NCBI GenBank assembly: GCA_038231135.1
Contig: JBBRLX010000021.1
Span: 1 to 64,000, forward strand
Reading direction: 5' to 3'
From: Candidatus Eiseniibacteriota bacterium
GTDB lineage: Bacteria > Eisenbacteria > RBG-16-71-46
Length of the DNA: 64,000 nt
The position numbers were made by a program, and so were the translations under genes. The notes under the pieces were generated by a model. That model searched no databases and was not told the DNA's origin. It saw only the letters and a program-made list of their open reading frames with translations. Position 1 is the stretch's first letter. The number at the start of each line of letters is the position of its first letter. This document shows, piece by piece, positions 18,708 to 29,279 of this stretch.

Positions 18708-19685
18708 CTACCCCTCCAACGCCCGCGCGAATCGCCGCACGATCTCGCCCGCCGGCTCGATCGCCGTCACGCCCTCGACACTCTTGCCGGCCTGCCAGTA
18801 GTCGCTGGTCGATTCCTTGAGCGAGTCGTGCTTGAGGCGATGGAGCGAACGCAACGCGTAGATCGTGCGCATCCAGTGGCGCGTGCGCTTCTGGCGCAGC
18901 AGGAAGCGCTCGAGCGGGCCGGCCTTGAGCCCGATGCGTCGCACGTGCGGCGTGTTGAGCACCGATACCGGGATGCCGGTGAGGCGCTCGCTCAGCACCA
19001 CGTCGGCGGCGCCGGCGCGCACCAGCTCCGCCTTGTAGGCGTCGCTCGCGCGGCATTCGACCGTGGCGATGAAACGCGTCCCGAGCTGGGCGCCGGCGTA
19101 GCCCAGGCGGATCACTCCAGCGAATTCCTCGGGCGTTCCGACACCGCCCGCGCAAACGACCGGCAGGCCGAACGGCGTGAGTTCGTCGAGCAGCGTGCGC
19201 GGATCGCGCGGCCCGGCGTGGCCGCCGGCCTGGTTGTTCACCGCGATCATGCCATTCACGCCGCCGTCGCGGGCCTTAGCTGCCCAGCGGGCTTCGGTGA
19301 CGTCGTGATACACGATGCCGCCGTGCGGCGCGACGCGGTCCACCACCCACCGCGGATTGCCGAGCGACGTGACGAAGAACCGCACGCCCTCCTCGAGTGC
19401 GATGTCCACCCACGCCATCATGCGCTCGTGGTAGGCGCGCGAGGTCTTCTCGATCAACGCGTTCATGCCGATCGGCTTCGAAGTGAGCGCGCGGATCATG
19501 CGCAGCCCGGCGCGAAACTCGTGGCCATGGACGTACGTCAGCGACACCGGCTGCACGATGCCGATGGCGCCGGCGGCGGACACCGCAGCGACGAGTTCCG
19601 GATTGCTGCACGGGTACATGGCGCCGCAGATCAGGGGAATCTGGATGTGCGCATCGCGTGTGAGCGGCGTTTCGATCGGGCTCAC
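18708..19685 (-). CDS. Nitronate monooxygenase / FabK-like flavoprotein
   Basis: [46 protein letters not shown] overlap with the upstream gene. Confidence 0.9.
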   Translation of the reverse strand: MSPIETPLTRDAHIQIPLICGAMYPCSNPELVAAVSAAGAIGIVQPVSLTYVHGHEFRAGLRMIRALTSKPIGMNALIEKTSRAYHERMMAWVDIALEEGVRFFVTSLGNPRWVVDRVAPHGGIVYHDVTEARWAAKARDGGVNGMIAVNNQAGGHAGPRDPRTLLDELTPFGLPVVCAGGVGTPEEFAGVIRLGYAGAQLGTRFIATVECRASDAYKAELVRAGAADVVLSERLTGIPVSVLNTPHVRRIGLKAGPLERFLLRQKRTRHWMRTIYALRSLHRLKHDSLKESTSDYWQAGKSVEGVTAIEPAGEIVRRFARALEG

Positions 19686-20185
19686 GCGGGGCTCAGCCGC
19701 CAGGTCACGAACACCTCTGCCACCACGTCTCCCGCCGCGTCGCGGATCGCCGCGGACACCTTGAAGTCGACCGGCTCGCGGACTTCGGGCAGCGAGCAGG
19801 TGGTGTCGGCGGTGAGCAGCCCGCGCGCCTTCTTCGCGTAGCGCACGTCGATCGCGGTGACGATGCCGCGCACCGAACGCGGCAGCGCACACGTCATGGC
19901 GAGCCCGCTCGTCAGCTCGCCCAGGTTCGCGAGCGCGATCGCGTGCACGGAGCGCAGATGGTTGCGCACCCCGCGACGCTCCCGCAGCTGCAGGCACGCC
20001 CGCCCGGGACCGAGCTCGACCACCCGGGCGCCGAGCGCGCCGCTATAGGGCACGCGCAAACGCAGGATCAGGCCAAACAGCGCACGTCCGCCGGGCAGCA
20101 CGCTCAGCCGCTTCCACAGTTGGAGCAGTTGCGGGGCGTCGGGGGCGGCGTGTTGGACCGCCGCGTGGGTTGTGGTGGGGTTCAT
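19682..20185 (-). CDS. Hotdog-fold thioesterase (DUF4442/PaaI-like)
   Basis: [25 protein letters not shown]. Confidence 0.85.
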   Translation of the reverse strand: MNPTTTHAAVQHAAPDAPQLLQLWKRLSVLPGGRALFGLILRLRVPYSGALGARVVELGPGRACLQLRERRGVRNHLRSVHAIALANLGELTSGLAMTCALPRSVRGIVTAIDVRYAKKARGLLTADTTCSLPEVREPVDFKVSAAIRDAAGDVVAEVFVTWRLSPA

Positions 20186-20373
20186 CGTCGCACCGTAGTG
20201 GAATTGGCGTCGGGGGAAAACTGGCCGATCAGGCCCGGCCACCCGTCGCTCAATGCATTCACCTGCATGCATGTTTAATTGGGGCCCGGAGGCCGAACCT
20301 GAATGAATGCATGTCTGTGCACTTAGGCTTGGACTTGACAATCAAATGCACCACCATCGATATCGACATCGGC

Positions 20374-20389
20374 GGGCATGCCGGTTGCT
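20374..20389 (+). promoter_or_regulatory. Candidate sigma54 promoter upstream of the flippase
   Basis: GGGCATGCCGGTTGCT versus consensus TGGCACG-N4-TTGCW, in a locally AT-richer intergenic region. Confidence 0.55.
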
Positions 20390-20620
20390 GCCATACATAC
20401 GCACGATGAACTACGAACTCTGTAACAATAACCACGGCAATATGTTGCCGATACGCTGGCATGTCGCCGCGGAACCCATCCCGGACAGAGGCCACCCTTC
20501 GGCGCCGGACTGCGGCCAATATTGGGCCGGAATCCGGACGGCTATCGGCCCCAGTCTGACCCGTAGCAGCCCCGGCTTCCCCGCCTCGCAGGGGCGAATC
20601 CCCACCCTGGTCAGTACCGC

Positions 20621-22123
20621 ATGAACACCACCCGTGTTGTCGGCCGCCAGGGGCTTCGCCTGCTCGGTGGCACCGTGCTCGCGCGCTCGATGGACCTCGC
20701 GCTTTACCTTCTGCTCGCCCGCACGCTCGGCGTCGAGACGTTCGGCCGCTACACGTACGCGCTGTCGTTCACGTTGCTGTTCAACGCGCTCAGCGATCTC
20801 GGCATCGCCACCGTGCTCACGCGCGAGGTCGCGCGTGCGCCGGACCGCGCACGCGAGCTGCTGCGGCCGTGCCTCGCGCTCAAGGCGGTGCTCGGCGGCT
20901 TCACGCTGCTGGCGGTGATCGGCATCGCGCGCGTGGGCCCCGCCGGCGCGGGCGGCCTGTCACTGGTACTGCCGATCGTCGCGGGCATGATCCTCAACTC
21001 CACGGCGATGCTGTACGACGGCCTGCTGCGCGCCGAGGGTCGCGCCGGTCGCAGCGGGCTCAACCTGCTGCTCCAGAGCGTGGCCAGCCTGATCGCGGGC
21101 GCGGCGCTGCTGGGCGTCGGCCTCGGGCCCCAGGCCGGCGCGTTCGCGTATCTCGCGGGCGGCGTCGCGAGACTGACATCCGCGGCGTGGTGGTCACGCG
21201 ACCTGTGGGGCGCGCGGGCGATCACGACCGCGCCTTCGAGCCACCCGGCCATCGCGGCCGCGGCCCCCCGGAAGCTCGACGCACGCGCCATCCTGCGCGA
21301 GGCCGCGCCGCTGGCGATGTCGGCGGTGTTCATCGCGCTCTACTTCCGCATCGACGCCGTGATCCTTCGCTCGATCCAGGGCGAGCGGGCGGTAGGGCTC
21401 TATGCCGGCGTCTACCGCATGTTCGAGACGTTCGCGCTGCTCGCGGTGACGTTCCGCTCGGTGCTGTTCCCGGTGATGGCGCGCGTCGCCGACGACTCCG
21501 CGAAGTCGCTCGGCGTGCTGTGCCGCAAGTCGCTCCGCCTTCACCTGCTGTTCACGATCGGCGTGGCGGTGTTCTTCACGATGGAGGCGCCGGCGATCGT
21601 GCGCGTGGTGCTCGGCCCCGCCTACGCCGAGGCCGCGCCGGGGCTCGCGATTCTCATGTGGGCGCTGCCGGGCTCGTACATGGCCGATACCCTGTTGTTC
21701 CTGCTCACCGCCCAGCGCCGCCAGGCACTCGGCACCTGGGCGGTGGGCATCACCGCCGGAGTGAACATCGTGCTCAACCTGATCATGGTGCCGCGCATGT
21801 CGTTCGTCGGCGCCTCGGTGGCGACGGTCGCGAGCGAGTGGCTGTCGTTCGCGCTGCTGTTCGTGATGTTCCGGCGCGCGGCCGCGGTGCCCGGCATGGC
21901 GTCGCTGATGTGGCGCCCCGCGGCGGCGGGCGCGATGCTGGCCGGCGGTCTGTGGTTCGCGGCGCGCTGGCACGCGGCGACGCTGCCCGCCGTCGCGCTG
22001 GTCGCGATCGCGGCGGTGGTCGCCTATCCCCTGCTGCTCGCGGCGGTGGGCGCGATCGGTCGCGAGGATCTCGCGATGCTGCGGGCGCTGGCCCCGGCGA
22101 AACCCGCGGCAGGCGTCGTATGA
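20621..22123 (+). CDS. Polysaccharide flippase (Wzx/RfbX, MOP family)
   Basis: LARTLGVETFGRY, DLGIATVLTREVAR, YFRIDAVIL, GASVATVASE; many TM segments. Confidence 0.9.
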   Translation: MNTTRVVGRQGLRLLGGTVLARSMDLALYLLLARTLGVETFGRYTYALSFTLLFNALSDLGIATVLTREVARAPDRARELLRPCLALKAVLGGFTLLAVIGIARVGPAGAGGLSLVLPIVAGMILNSTAMLYDGLLRAEGRAGRSGLNLLLQSVASLIAGAALLGVGLGPQAGAFAYLAGGVARLTSAAWWSRDLWGARAITTAPSSHPAIAAAAPRKLDARAILREAAPLAMSAVFIALYFRIDAVILRSIQGERAVGLYAGVYRMFETFALLAVTFRSVLFPVMARVADDSAKSLGVLCRKSLRLHLLFTIGVAVFFTMEAPAIVRVVLGPAYAEAAPGLAILMWALPGSYMADTLLFLLTAQRRQALGTWAVGITAGVNIVLNLIMVPRMSFVGASVATVASEWLSFALLFVMFRRAAAVPGMASLMWRPAAAGAMLAGGLWFAARWHAATLPAVALVAIAAVVAYPLLLAAVGAIGREDLAMLRALAPAKPAAGVV

Positions 22124-22746
22124 ACCGCGTGTGGAACGCGATCGCGCTCAAGGGCGGCCCGTGGAACCTCGCCCGCATCCTGCTTCAGATGGCCGCGCCG
22201 CGCGTATTCGCCGCGTGGTACGTGCCGTGGCTGCGGCTCTACGGCGTGCGCATCGGACGCGGCTGCGTCGTGCGCGCGCCGATCCGGATCGCCGGCGACC
22301 CGCGGCGCGTCACGATCGGCGACGGCTGCAGCATCCACGCGGGAGTGTCGTTCTGGACGCACGACTACGACGCGGGCCACGGCCGCATCGTGCTCGGTAG
22401 TGGCGTGACGTGCCTGCGCGGCGTCACGTTCAATTCCTACGAATCGATCGAGGTCGGCGCGCTCACCGCATTCGGCGACGGCTGCTACGTGCAGGACAAC
22501 GACCACGGCACCGAGCCCGGCACCCCGGTGATGCGCCAGGCGTCGCACGGTTCACCGATCGTGATCGGCGAGGACGTGTGGTTCGGCGCCCGCTGCATCG
22601 TGCTCAAGGGCGTGACGGTCGGCGATCACACGATCGTCGGCGCCGGCAGTGTGGTGACGAGGTCGTTGCCGCCGAACGTCGTCGCCGTGGGTGTGCCGTG
22701 CCGCGAGATCAAGCGGCGCGGGGAGATCGGTCGGCACGCGGCGTAG
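22120..22746 (+). CDS. Hexapeptide-repeat acyltransferase (LbH, sugar O-acetyltransferase-like)
   Basis: QDNDHG, PIVIGEDVWFGARCIVLKGVTVG..GAGSVVT..GVP; ATGA overlap with the flippase. Confidence 0.9.
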   Translation: MNRVWNAIALKGGPWNLARILLQMAAPRVFAAWYVPWLRLYGVRIGRGCVVRAPIRIAGDPRRVTIGDGCSIHAGVSFWTHDYDAGHGRIVLGSGVTCLRGVTFNSYESIEVGALTAFGDGCYVQDNDHGTEPGTPVMRQASHGSPIVIGEDVWFGARCIVLKGVTVGDHTIVGAGSVVTRSLPPNVVAVGVPCREIKRRGEIGRHAA

Positions 22747-22812
22747 GCTCGATCCCCGCCCGTTACGTCGGCTGATTGCAAGAGTTGATATCGGCTGATC
22801 GCAACCTTGTTA

Positions 22813-23175
22813 TTACTCCTCGCGCCTTACCGTCTCCGGCGAGAACGCCGGTAAACACACCGCGACGTACTCGGCGCCATCGACCTCGGGAGTGCTGTAC
22901 CGCACGCGCTCTCCCGCGCGCGTGATCACGGCCTGACCGGCGCGTACGTCGAAGACGCCCGCATCGTGCGTCACCCGCAGCATGCCCCGCAGCACCAGCG
23001 TGTATTCGTCGAACGCCGGCCGTTGCGCGGGCTCCTCCCAGCCGGACGGGCTGCGCATGTGGGCGATGCTCACGTCTGCGGAGCCGGAGTTCACCCGGCC
23101 CACGTATTCGTCGATGCGCTTGGGCTTGTTGCCCGCGGACGTGATCGTCGTCGGGGCGGCTACGAGCTTGGGCAT
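22813..23175 (-). CDS. Cupin domain protein (EutQ-like)
   Basis: GNKPKRIDEYVGRVN, GWEEPAQRPAFDEYTLVL, VCLPAFSP. Confidence 0.85.
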   Translation of the reverse strand: MPKLVAAPTTITSAGNKPKRIDEYVGRVNSGSADVSIAHMRSPSGWEEPAQRPAFDEYTLVLRGMLRVTHDAGVFDVRAGQAVITRAGERVRYSTPEVDGAEYVAVCLPAFSPETVRREE

Positions 23176-23269
23176 TGCATGGGCCTCGTGGTTCGGGTCG
23201 ATCGATAGGCAGGTCGTTCCCCGGCGGCATCGGGAGGCACGAACAACGATGAGTCGCCGAGGGCAGTGA

Positions 23270-26200
23270 TCATGGGATCGGCACAGCCGGCTTCTTGTGG
23301 TCCCCCTTCACCACCACCGCCGGAATCTGCTGCTCCCGCACGCGGCGGTTGAAGTCCGCGAGGTCCAGGTTCAGGAGCTTCGACAGCGTCGAGAGCTGTG
23401 CGTCGATGCGCGCCGCCAGGTCCGTGTAGACGGCCTCCGCCTGCACGGTCGGGCGCGCGTCGACACCATCCAGCACCCCGCCGAGGTCGGCCAGCTTGTT
23501 GTTGAGCCGGATCGGATAGTTCAGCGGGTCCTGGCTGCTCTTGAGCTTGGTCTGGTAGAGCGCCTCCTCCACCTTCGTGAGCTTGTCCGACAGCGATTTC
23601 GCGGCGACGGCGAGCGTCGAGTCGTGCGCGAGCGGCTTCGCGCGCTGGGCGACTGCGGCCACCTGATCCCGTACGTCGCGCAACCGGGTGATCGCGTCGT
23701 GCATCGCGGTGAGCTGGTCGCGGATCCGCAGCTGAAAGTCGTGCTTGCTCCTGAGATCGGCCGGGGTCGCCTGCACGCGCGGGTCCTGCTTCACCTCGAA
23801 CGCGCGCGTCTGCGTGACGCCGCCGGCGGTGAGCCGCACGCGATAGGTGCCGGGGACGACCTCGGGGCCGTCGAGCGTGCCGCCCCACAGGATCAGGCCC
23901 TTGAAGCGGCTCGCCTCCGCCTCGCGCAGGTTCCACACGAAACGATTGAGCCCGGCCTGCGCGGGCACCACGGGCTGCGGCGGGACACCGTCGCCCGCGT
24001 CGGGCGCAGGCCGGCTCGTGAACTTGCGGATCACGGTACCCGCGCCGTCGAGGAACTCGAGTGTCACCGTGTCGCGGTCGCTGGATTCGTTGCGCAACAG
24101 GTAGTCGATCGCGACGCCGCGAGGGGGATTGCCGCCGATGTTGCCGGCGTTGCCGCCTCCGGCAGGACCGCCGAACAGCCACGCCGCTCCCGGGGTGAAC
24201 AGGTGAACGCGCTCCGCGGTCACGGCCGGCGTCAGCTCGCGCAGCGCACCGATGCCGTCGAGGATCCAGAACGCGCGGCCCTGCGTCGAGATTACGAGGT
24301 CGTCGTCCTTGATGACCAGGTCGGTCACCGGCACCACCGGCAGCAGGCCGCGCGGCTCCTCGTCGACGAGCGTTGCCGCGCTCTCGGGCTTCGCGGTGGC
24401 GGTCGCCCGCCGGGCGGCGGCGCGATACGCGTCCTGGGCGCCCGGCGTCGCCAGGCGCAGCGGCGCCCAGTGATTGCCGTCGTCGATCGACCAATACACG
24501 CCGGTCTCGGTGCCGCAGAACAACAGCCCGCGCTTCACCGGGTCCTCGCGCACCGCGCGCGCGAACGCGCCCACCGGCAGTCCGGCGGCGAGGCTGCGCC
24601 ACGAGCGTCCGTAGTCGCGCGTGACGAACACGTACGGCCGGTCGTCCTCCAGCTTGTAGCGGTTCGCGGCGACGTACGCGGTGCCGGCGTCGTGCGGCGA
24701 CGGATCGATCTGGCTGATCATGCTCCATTTGGGCAGCGCAGGCGGCGTCACTTCGCTCCACGTATGGCCGCCGTCCTGCGTCACGTGGACCAGCCCGTCG
24801 TCGGATCCCACCCACAACACGCCGGCCTTCACGGGCGACTCCGCCATCGCGAAGATCGTGCAGTAGTACTCGATGCTGGTGTTGTCCTGGGTGATGGGCC
24901 CGCCGGACGACCCGAGTTTCGTGGGATCGTTGCGCGTGAGATCGGGGCTGATGATGTTCCAGCTCTGGCCCTCGTCGCGCGACTCGAACAGCACGTTGGC
25001 GCCCGCGTACACCGTGTTCGAGTCGTGCGGCGACATCACGATCGGGAACGTCCACTGGAACCGGTACTTCATGGCCTCGGCGCCCGAGCCCATCGGGTTC
25101 TCGGGCCATGGCGACACGTTGCGCTCCTGCTCGATGCGGCGGTCGAGGCGGCCGACGTAGCCATCGTAGCAGCCCGCATAGACCACGTTCGGGTCGCCGC
25201 GCTTCGGGGTGACGTAGCCGCTCTCGCAGCCGCCCACGTCGTACCAGTCGGCGGCGCCGATGCCGAAGCCGCGGGTGCGAGATGCGATCGACACGGTGGT
25301 GTTGTCCTGCTGGGCGCCGTAGAGCCGGTACGGAAACCCGTCGTCGGTGACCACGTGGTAGAACTGCGCCGTGGGCTGGTTGTCCTCGCCCGTCCACGTC
25401 ACACCGCCGTCGGTGGTCACCGTGGCGCCGCCGTCATTGCTTTCGATCATCCGCTGCGGGTCGTCGGGATCGATCCACAGGTCGTGGTTGTCGCCGTGCG
25501 GCGGGCGGAGCGTGGCGAACGTGCGGCCGCCATCCTGCGAATGCTGGCACTGCACGTTCAGCACGTAGACGCCGTCGGCATTTTTCGGGTCGGCGAACAC
25601 GTGGGTGTAGTACCACGCGCGCTGGCGCAGGTTGCGGTCCTCGTTCACGCGGTTCCACGTGCGCCCGGCGTCGTCCGAGCGGAACACGCCGCCGTCGTCC
25701 GCCTCGATCACCGCCCACACCCGGTCGGGATTCGCGGGTGAGATCGTCACGCCGGCGCGGCCCCACAGGCCCTTCGGCAGCCCGGCGCCGACGAGCCGCT
25801 GCCAGCTGTCGCCGCCGTCGGTCGAGCGATAGAGCCCGCTGCCCCGGCCACCGCTCTCGAGCGACCACGGCGTGCGCACCACCTGCCAGGTGGTGGCGTA
25901 GAGCACGCGCGGATTCGCGGCGCTCATCGACAGGTCGATGGCGCCGGTGCTGTCGTTCACGAACAGCACGTTCTTCCAGGTGCGGCCGCCGTCGAGCGAG
26001 CGGAACACGCCGCGCTCGTGGTTGGGACCGAACGCGTGCCCGAGCGCCGCGACGTAGACGTGATCGGGTTCCCGCGGATGCACGCGGATCCGGCCGATCT
26101 GCCGCGCATCGGCGAGTCCCATGTGGATCCATGTGCGGCCGGCATCGAGCGAGCGATACACGCCGTCACCCTGCGACAGGTTGCCGCGGATGCAGCCCTC

Positions 26201-26659
26201 GCCCATGCCCGCATACACCACGTTGGGATCGGACGGCGCCACCGCGATCGCGCCGACCGAACTCGAGCCGAGGCTGCCGTCCGACACCGGCTTCCATCGC
26301 ACGCCGCCGTCGGTGGTTTTCCAGATGCCGCTGCCGGTGCCGCCGAAGTAATAGACGTTGCGCTGGCCCGGTACACCCGTGACCGCGGTCACTCGGCCGC
26401 CGCGATAGGGGCCGACGTTCCGCCATTGGAGCCCGCGCAGCAGCAGCGGGTCGGCGAGATCGCGCGGCGATCCGGATCGTTCGGGCCGGGCACTCGCGGC
26501 CGATCCCGGCGTTGTCGCGCGAGCGCGTGCGGCGGGCGCCGCCGAGACCGGCAGTGCCGGTATGACCGACATCACGACCGCGGTCGCCATCGCGAGCGCG
26601 ACTCGTGAGCGGATGGCATGAAACGCCAGGGACGGTGCGCGATGCATGACTCGCGTCAT
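23270..26659 (-). CDS. Large secreted BNR/Asp-box (sortilin/VPS10-like) beta-propeller protein, glycosyl hydrolase-like
   Basis: WRNVGPYRGGRV, repeated S/T-x-D-x-G-x-T/S-W Asp-boxes, HGDNH, GAQQDN; C-terminal helical region. Exact start uncertain. Confidence 0.88.
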   Translation of the reverse strand: MTRVMHRAPSLAFHAIRSRVALAMATAVVMSVIPALPVSAAPAARARATTPGSAASARPERSGSPRDLADPLLLRGLQWRNVGPYRGGRVTAVTGVPGQRNVYYFGGTGSGIWKTTDGGVRWKPVSDGSLGSSSVGAIAVAPSDPNVVYAGMGEGCIRGNLSQGDGVYRSLDAGRTWIHMGLADARQIGRIRVHPREPDHVYVAALGHAFGPNHERGVFRSLDGGRTWKNVLFVNDSTGAIDLSMSAANPRVLYATTWQVVRTPWSLESGGRGSGLYRSTDGGDSWQRLVGAGLPKGLWGRAGVTISPANPDRVWAVIEADDGGVFRSDDAGRTWNRVNEDRNLRQRAWYYTHVFADPKNADGVYVLNVQCQHSQDGGRTFATLRPPHGDNHDLWIDPDDPQRMIESNDGGATVTTDGGVTWTGEDNQPTAQFYHVVTDDGFPYRLYGAQQDNTTVSIASRTRGFGIGAADWYDVGGCESGYVTPKRGDPNVVYAGCYDGYVGRLDRRIEQERNVSPWPENPMGSGAEAMKYRFQWTFPIVMSPHDSNTVYAGANVLFESRDEGQSWNIISPDLTRNDPTKLGSSGGPITQDNTSIEYYCTIFAMAESPVKAGVLWVGSDDGLVHVTQDGGHTWSEVTPPALPKWSMISQIDPSPHDAGTAYVAANRYKLEDDRPYVFVTRDYGRSWRSLAAGLPVGAFARAVREDPVKRGLLFCGTETGVYWSIDDGNHWAPLRLATPGAQDAYRAAARRATATAKPESAATLVDEEPRGLLPVVPVTDLVIKDDDLVISTQGRAFWILDGIGALRELTPAVTAERVHLFTPGAAWLFGGPAGGGNAGNIGGNPPRGVAIDYLLRNESSDRDTVTLEFLDGAGTVIRKFTSRPAPDAGDGVPPQPVVPAQAGLNRFVWNLREAEASRFKGLILWGGTLDGPEVVPGTYRVRLTAGGVTQTRAFEVKQDPRVQATPADLRSKHDFQLRIRDQLTAMHDAITRLRDVRDQVAAVAQRAKPLAHDSTLAVAAKSLSDKLTKVEEALYQTKLKSSQDPLNYPIRLNNKLADLGGVLDGVDARPTVQAEAVYTDLAARIDAQLSTLSKLLNLDLADFNRRVREQQIPAVVVKGDHKKPAVPIP

Positions 26660-26787
26660 GGGGACATCTCCGGACGGGGGACGTGGAGGCGCGGCGGGGA
26701 AGGCCGCGAAGCGTAGGCCAGCCGGGCCGCCGTCACAATGGACAATGGCGGGTGGCGGTGACGGTCGCGAAGCGGGATGCTGCCGTC

Positions 26788-27300
26788 ATGCTCCAGGAAC
26801 CCGCGGGCGCGGAGCCCGCCTCCAACTCCGGCCCGCATGTCTATGTCGACGCCGACGCGTGCCCGGTGAAGACCGAGGTGTTCCGCGTCGCGGAGCGCCA
26901 CGGTCTGCGCGTCACGCTGGTGGCCGGCACGTGGATGCGGATTCCGGACGACGCGCGGCTGCGGCTCGAGGTCGTGGAGCAGGGCTTCGACGCCGCCGAC
27001 GACTGGATCGTGGAGCGCGTGGAGCGCGGCGACATCGTGATCACCGCCGACATCCTGCTCGCGTCGCGATGCCTCGAGCGCGGCGCACTGGTGCTCGGCA
27101 CCACCGGCCGGCCGTTCACCGAGGACAACATCGGCGACGCAGTCGCGACGCGCACGCTGCTCGCCGACCTGCGCGGCGCCGGGGAAATCACCCGAGGCCC
27201 GGCCGCGTTCACGCATCAGGACCGCTCGCGGTTCCTGCAGGCGCTGGAGACGGCGGTGGTGGCGGCGAAGACGCTGCGGTCGCGGCCACGCCGGGACTGA
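26788..27300 (+). CDS. yaiI: YaiI/YqxD family protein (DUF188)
   Basis: YVDADACPVK, DAADDWIV, DIVITADILLA. The start could instead be GTG 26752. Confidence 0.88.
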   Translation: MLQEPAGAEPASNSGPHVYVDADACPVKTEVFRVAERHGLRVTLVAGTWMRIPDDARLRLEVVEQGFDAADDWIVERVERGDIVITADILLASRCLERGALVLGTTGRPFTEDNIGDAVATRTLLADLRGAGEITRGPAAFTHQDRSRFLQALETAVVAAKTLRSRPRRD

Positions 27301-27349
27301 CGAGCCGGTCGGCCAGCATCGCCTTCACCGCGCCGCGCGTCCCGGCAGC

Positions 27350-27643
27350 TCAGGCGCGCGAGCTCATCGACACGCGGATGTGATAGACGAGCAGCAGCAG
27401 GAACGCGCCCACGATCGACGCAATGAACCCCATCACGAGCCCGCGCGGCAGGCCGCACAAGAAGAACAGCACCTTCCCCACGATGCCGCCGAGGAATCCG
27501 ATGAGCAGAATCATCGGCCACCCGACCTTGTCCCTGGCGGGGAAGATCTTCCGGGCGATGAACCCGACGAACAGCGCCCCCAGCAGATTGAGGAGCAGCC
27601 AGACACCGAGAACGGTCGCGAGCGCGGCGAGCAGGACCTTCAT
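27350..27643 (-). CDS. GlsB/YeaQ/YmgE-like small membrane protein
   Basis: GFIARKIFP, ILLIGFLGGIVG, FIASIVGAFLLL; SD AAGGAG. Confidence 0.8.
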   Translation of the reverse strand: MKVLLAALATVLGVWLLLNLLGALFVGFIARKIFPARDKVGWPMILLIGFLGGIVGKVLFFLCGLPRGLVMGFIASIVGAFLLLLVYHIRVSMSSRA

Positions 27644-27683
27644 GGTGAATCACTCCTTGAAATAGGGGACCCGAGAATAATCG

Positions 27684-29216
27684 TCAACCGTTTGGATTCG
27701 TCACCCTACCGAGGAACAGGATCGTCCCGCTCACGCGGTCGCGGATCAGGAACAGGAACGGGTGATCCGCGCGGAAGGTAGGCGTGAAATGGATCAGGCG
27801 CGGCCCTCTCGTCTCGGCAGATTGCCGGATGCTGACCGCCGTGGACGCCGCCGCCTCGGTCCCCCGCTCGTCAACTTCGACGAACGCCTTGTGGACGACC
27901 TCGCTGATGTACAACTGCAGGCGGGGGTCCCGGCTGGCGCACATGGGGCCGAACTGCGCGCCGTTCGCATCGCGCGGATCGATGAAGGCACGCTTCATCC
28001 CCATCGCCCGCAAGATTCCGCCCATGGAGTAGCTCGATTCCAATCGGAACCGCGGCACGAAGGAGTTCACGTCGCGGCGATCGAGTCTCGCCGTCCACGC
28101 TTCGAGCCTGGCAGGATCCAGTTTCCTCTCCAGATTCGTCAGGCCGCCGGGCGCCATGGGCAGAATCAGCACCATCGACAACTCATCGCCTTTGTAGGGC
28201 AGTTCCAGCAACTGGAAGCCGTCCGCCCCGGGGTACAACCGTGGCGCGGCGCCCGGCGCATAGGTCTTCGGGGTTTCGAAGAACGAGCCGTCGGCATTGA
28301 CGGCAGCGTAGGCCGAGGCCTGCGGTGAATCATGGTGCATGAGCATGACGCGCACCTTGCCGTCGGGACTTGTGAAGTCCTCGTCCTTCGTAGCCTCGGC
28401 GGGGAATGGACTCATCCACCGCCCCTTGAAATAAATGGCGTTCACCAGCACGAGCCGGGTCGTGCCGTCCAGGACTCCGGGCGCCAGCAGGTCCTTGATG
28501 CGATCGTGGGTCTGCGTGGCGACCCAGGTGTTGATCCGTGTGCGGGCCTCGTCACTGCTGTCGCGAAAATCCACCTCGAAGAGTCCGCCGGTTCGATAGA
28601 ACTTGTGAATCGTCTCGAGGTAGGCGGGCGCGAACGGATAGGTCTGCTCGCCGAACAGCGCGTTGGCGGTGCCGAGCTCAACCGGGCCTGTCACGGCCAG
28701 GAGATCCTCCAGCTCCGCCCCGGAAATCTGCGACTGTGTCATCGCCCCAAATTTCTGTTGGTTGTCAGCCGTGCTGTCGTCGACTACGGCCTTGGCCACC
28801 GCGATGTCCTTATGTAGCTGCTCGATCCGGTCGAGGGTCGCCTCCGGCGGTCCCTGGGCGGTGTGGAGCCGCTCGTCGAGCCGCTCCATGCCGGCGCCGA
28901 TCAAACTCAAGTCCTGCGTGACCGCGGCCGGATAGCGCAGGACGTGGGCCATCTGCAGGAGCGTCTCGTCCCGTGCGCCGTGCGCCGTCATGGCGAGCGC
29001 GCTGGAAACCGAATAGGGCGAAAAGAACAGGTTCTTGCCGGGGTTGTCGGCGGCCAGTCGCGCGTACAAGGCGGTGCCGAAACCATTGACGATGCGGGAT
29101 GCCTCGACAAGTGCCGGTGCGCCCGGGGGAAGATCCCCGCTGGCAACACCCGCCGGCACACCGCCGAGCAGCAGGACCCCCATCAGGGTCGCAGACGTGG
29201 CGATCAGGACCTTCAC
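27684..29216 (-). CDS. Serpin (serine protease inhibitor) with signal peptide and insertions
   Basis: NLFFSPYSVSSALAM, LVLVNAIYFKGRW, hinge EVDERGTEAAAST, FRADHPFLFLIRD..ILFLGRV. Start approximate. Confidence 0.92.
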   Translation of the reverse strand: MKVLIATSATLMGVLLLGGVPAGVASGDLPPGAPALVEASRIVNGFGTALYARLAADNPGKNLFFSPYSVSSALAMTAHGARDETLLQMAHVLRYPAAVTQDLSLIGAGMERLDERLHTAQGPPEATLDRIEQLHKDIAVAKAVVDDSTADNQQKFGAMTQSQISGAELEDLLAVTGPVELGTANALFGEQTYPFAPAYLETIHKFYRTGGLFEVDFRDSSDEARTRINTWVATQTHDRIKDLLAPGVLDGTTRLVLVNAIYFKGRWMSPFPAEATKDEDFTSPDGKVRVMLMHHDSPQASAYAAVNADGSFFETPKTYAPGAAPRLYPGADGFQLLELPYKGDELSMVLILPMAPGGLTNLERKLDPARLEAWTARLDRRDVNSFVPRFRLESSYSMGGILRAMGMKRAFIDPRDANGAQFGPMCASRDPRLQLYISEVVHKAFVEVDERGTEAAASTAVSIRQSAETRGPRLIHFTPTFRADHPFLFLIRDRVSGTILFLGRVTNPNG

Positions 29217-29279
29217 GACGGTGACTCCGGGGAATGAGGCACGATGACGGCAGAGCCTGAACAATGGTTCACACCTGCG

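Noticed and set aside
20335..20363. Perfect TTGACA -35 hexamer
   Set aside because: No credible -10 box lies 16-18 nt downstream; the sigma54-type site fits better.
23297..25741. Long antisense and alternate-frame ORFs (also 2435-4231, 34703-37447, 48452-50572, 55530-58214, 56093-58396)
   Set aside because: These are typical stop-poor shadows in high-GC DNA. They have no motifs and fully overlap well-supported genes.
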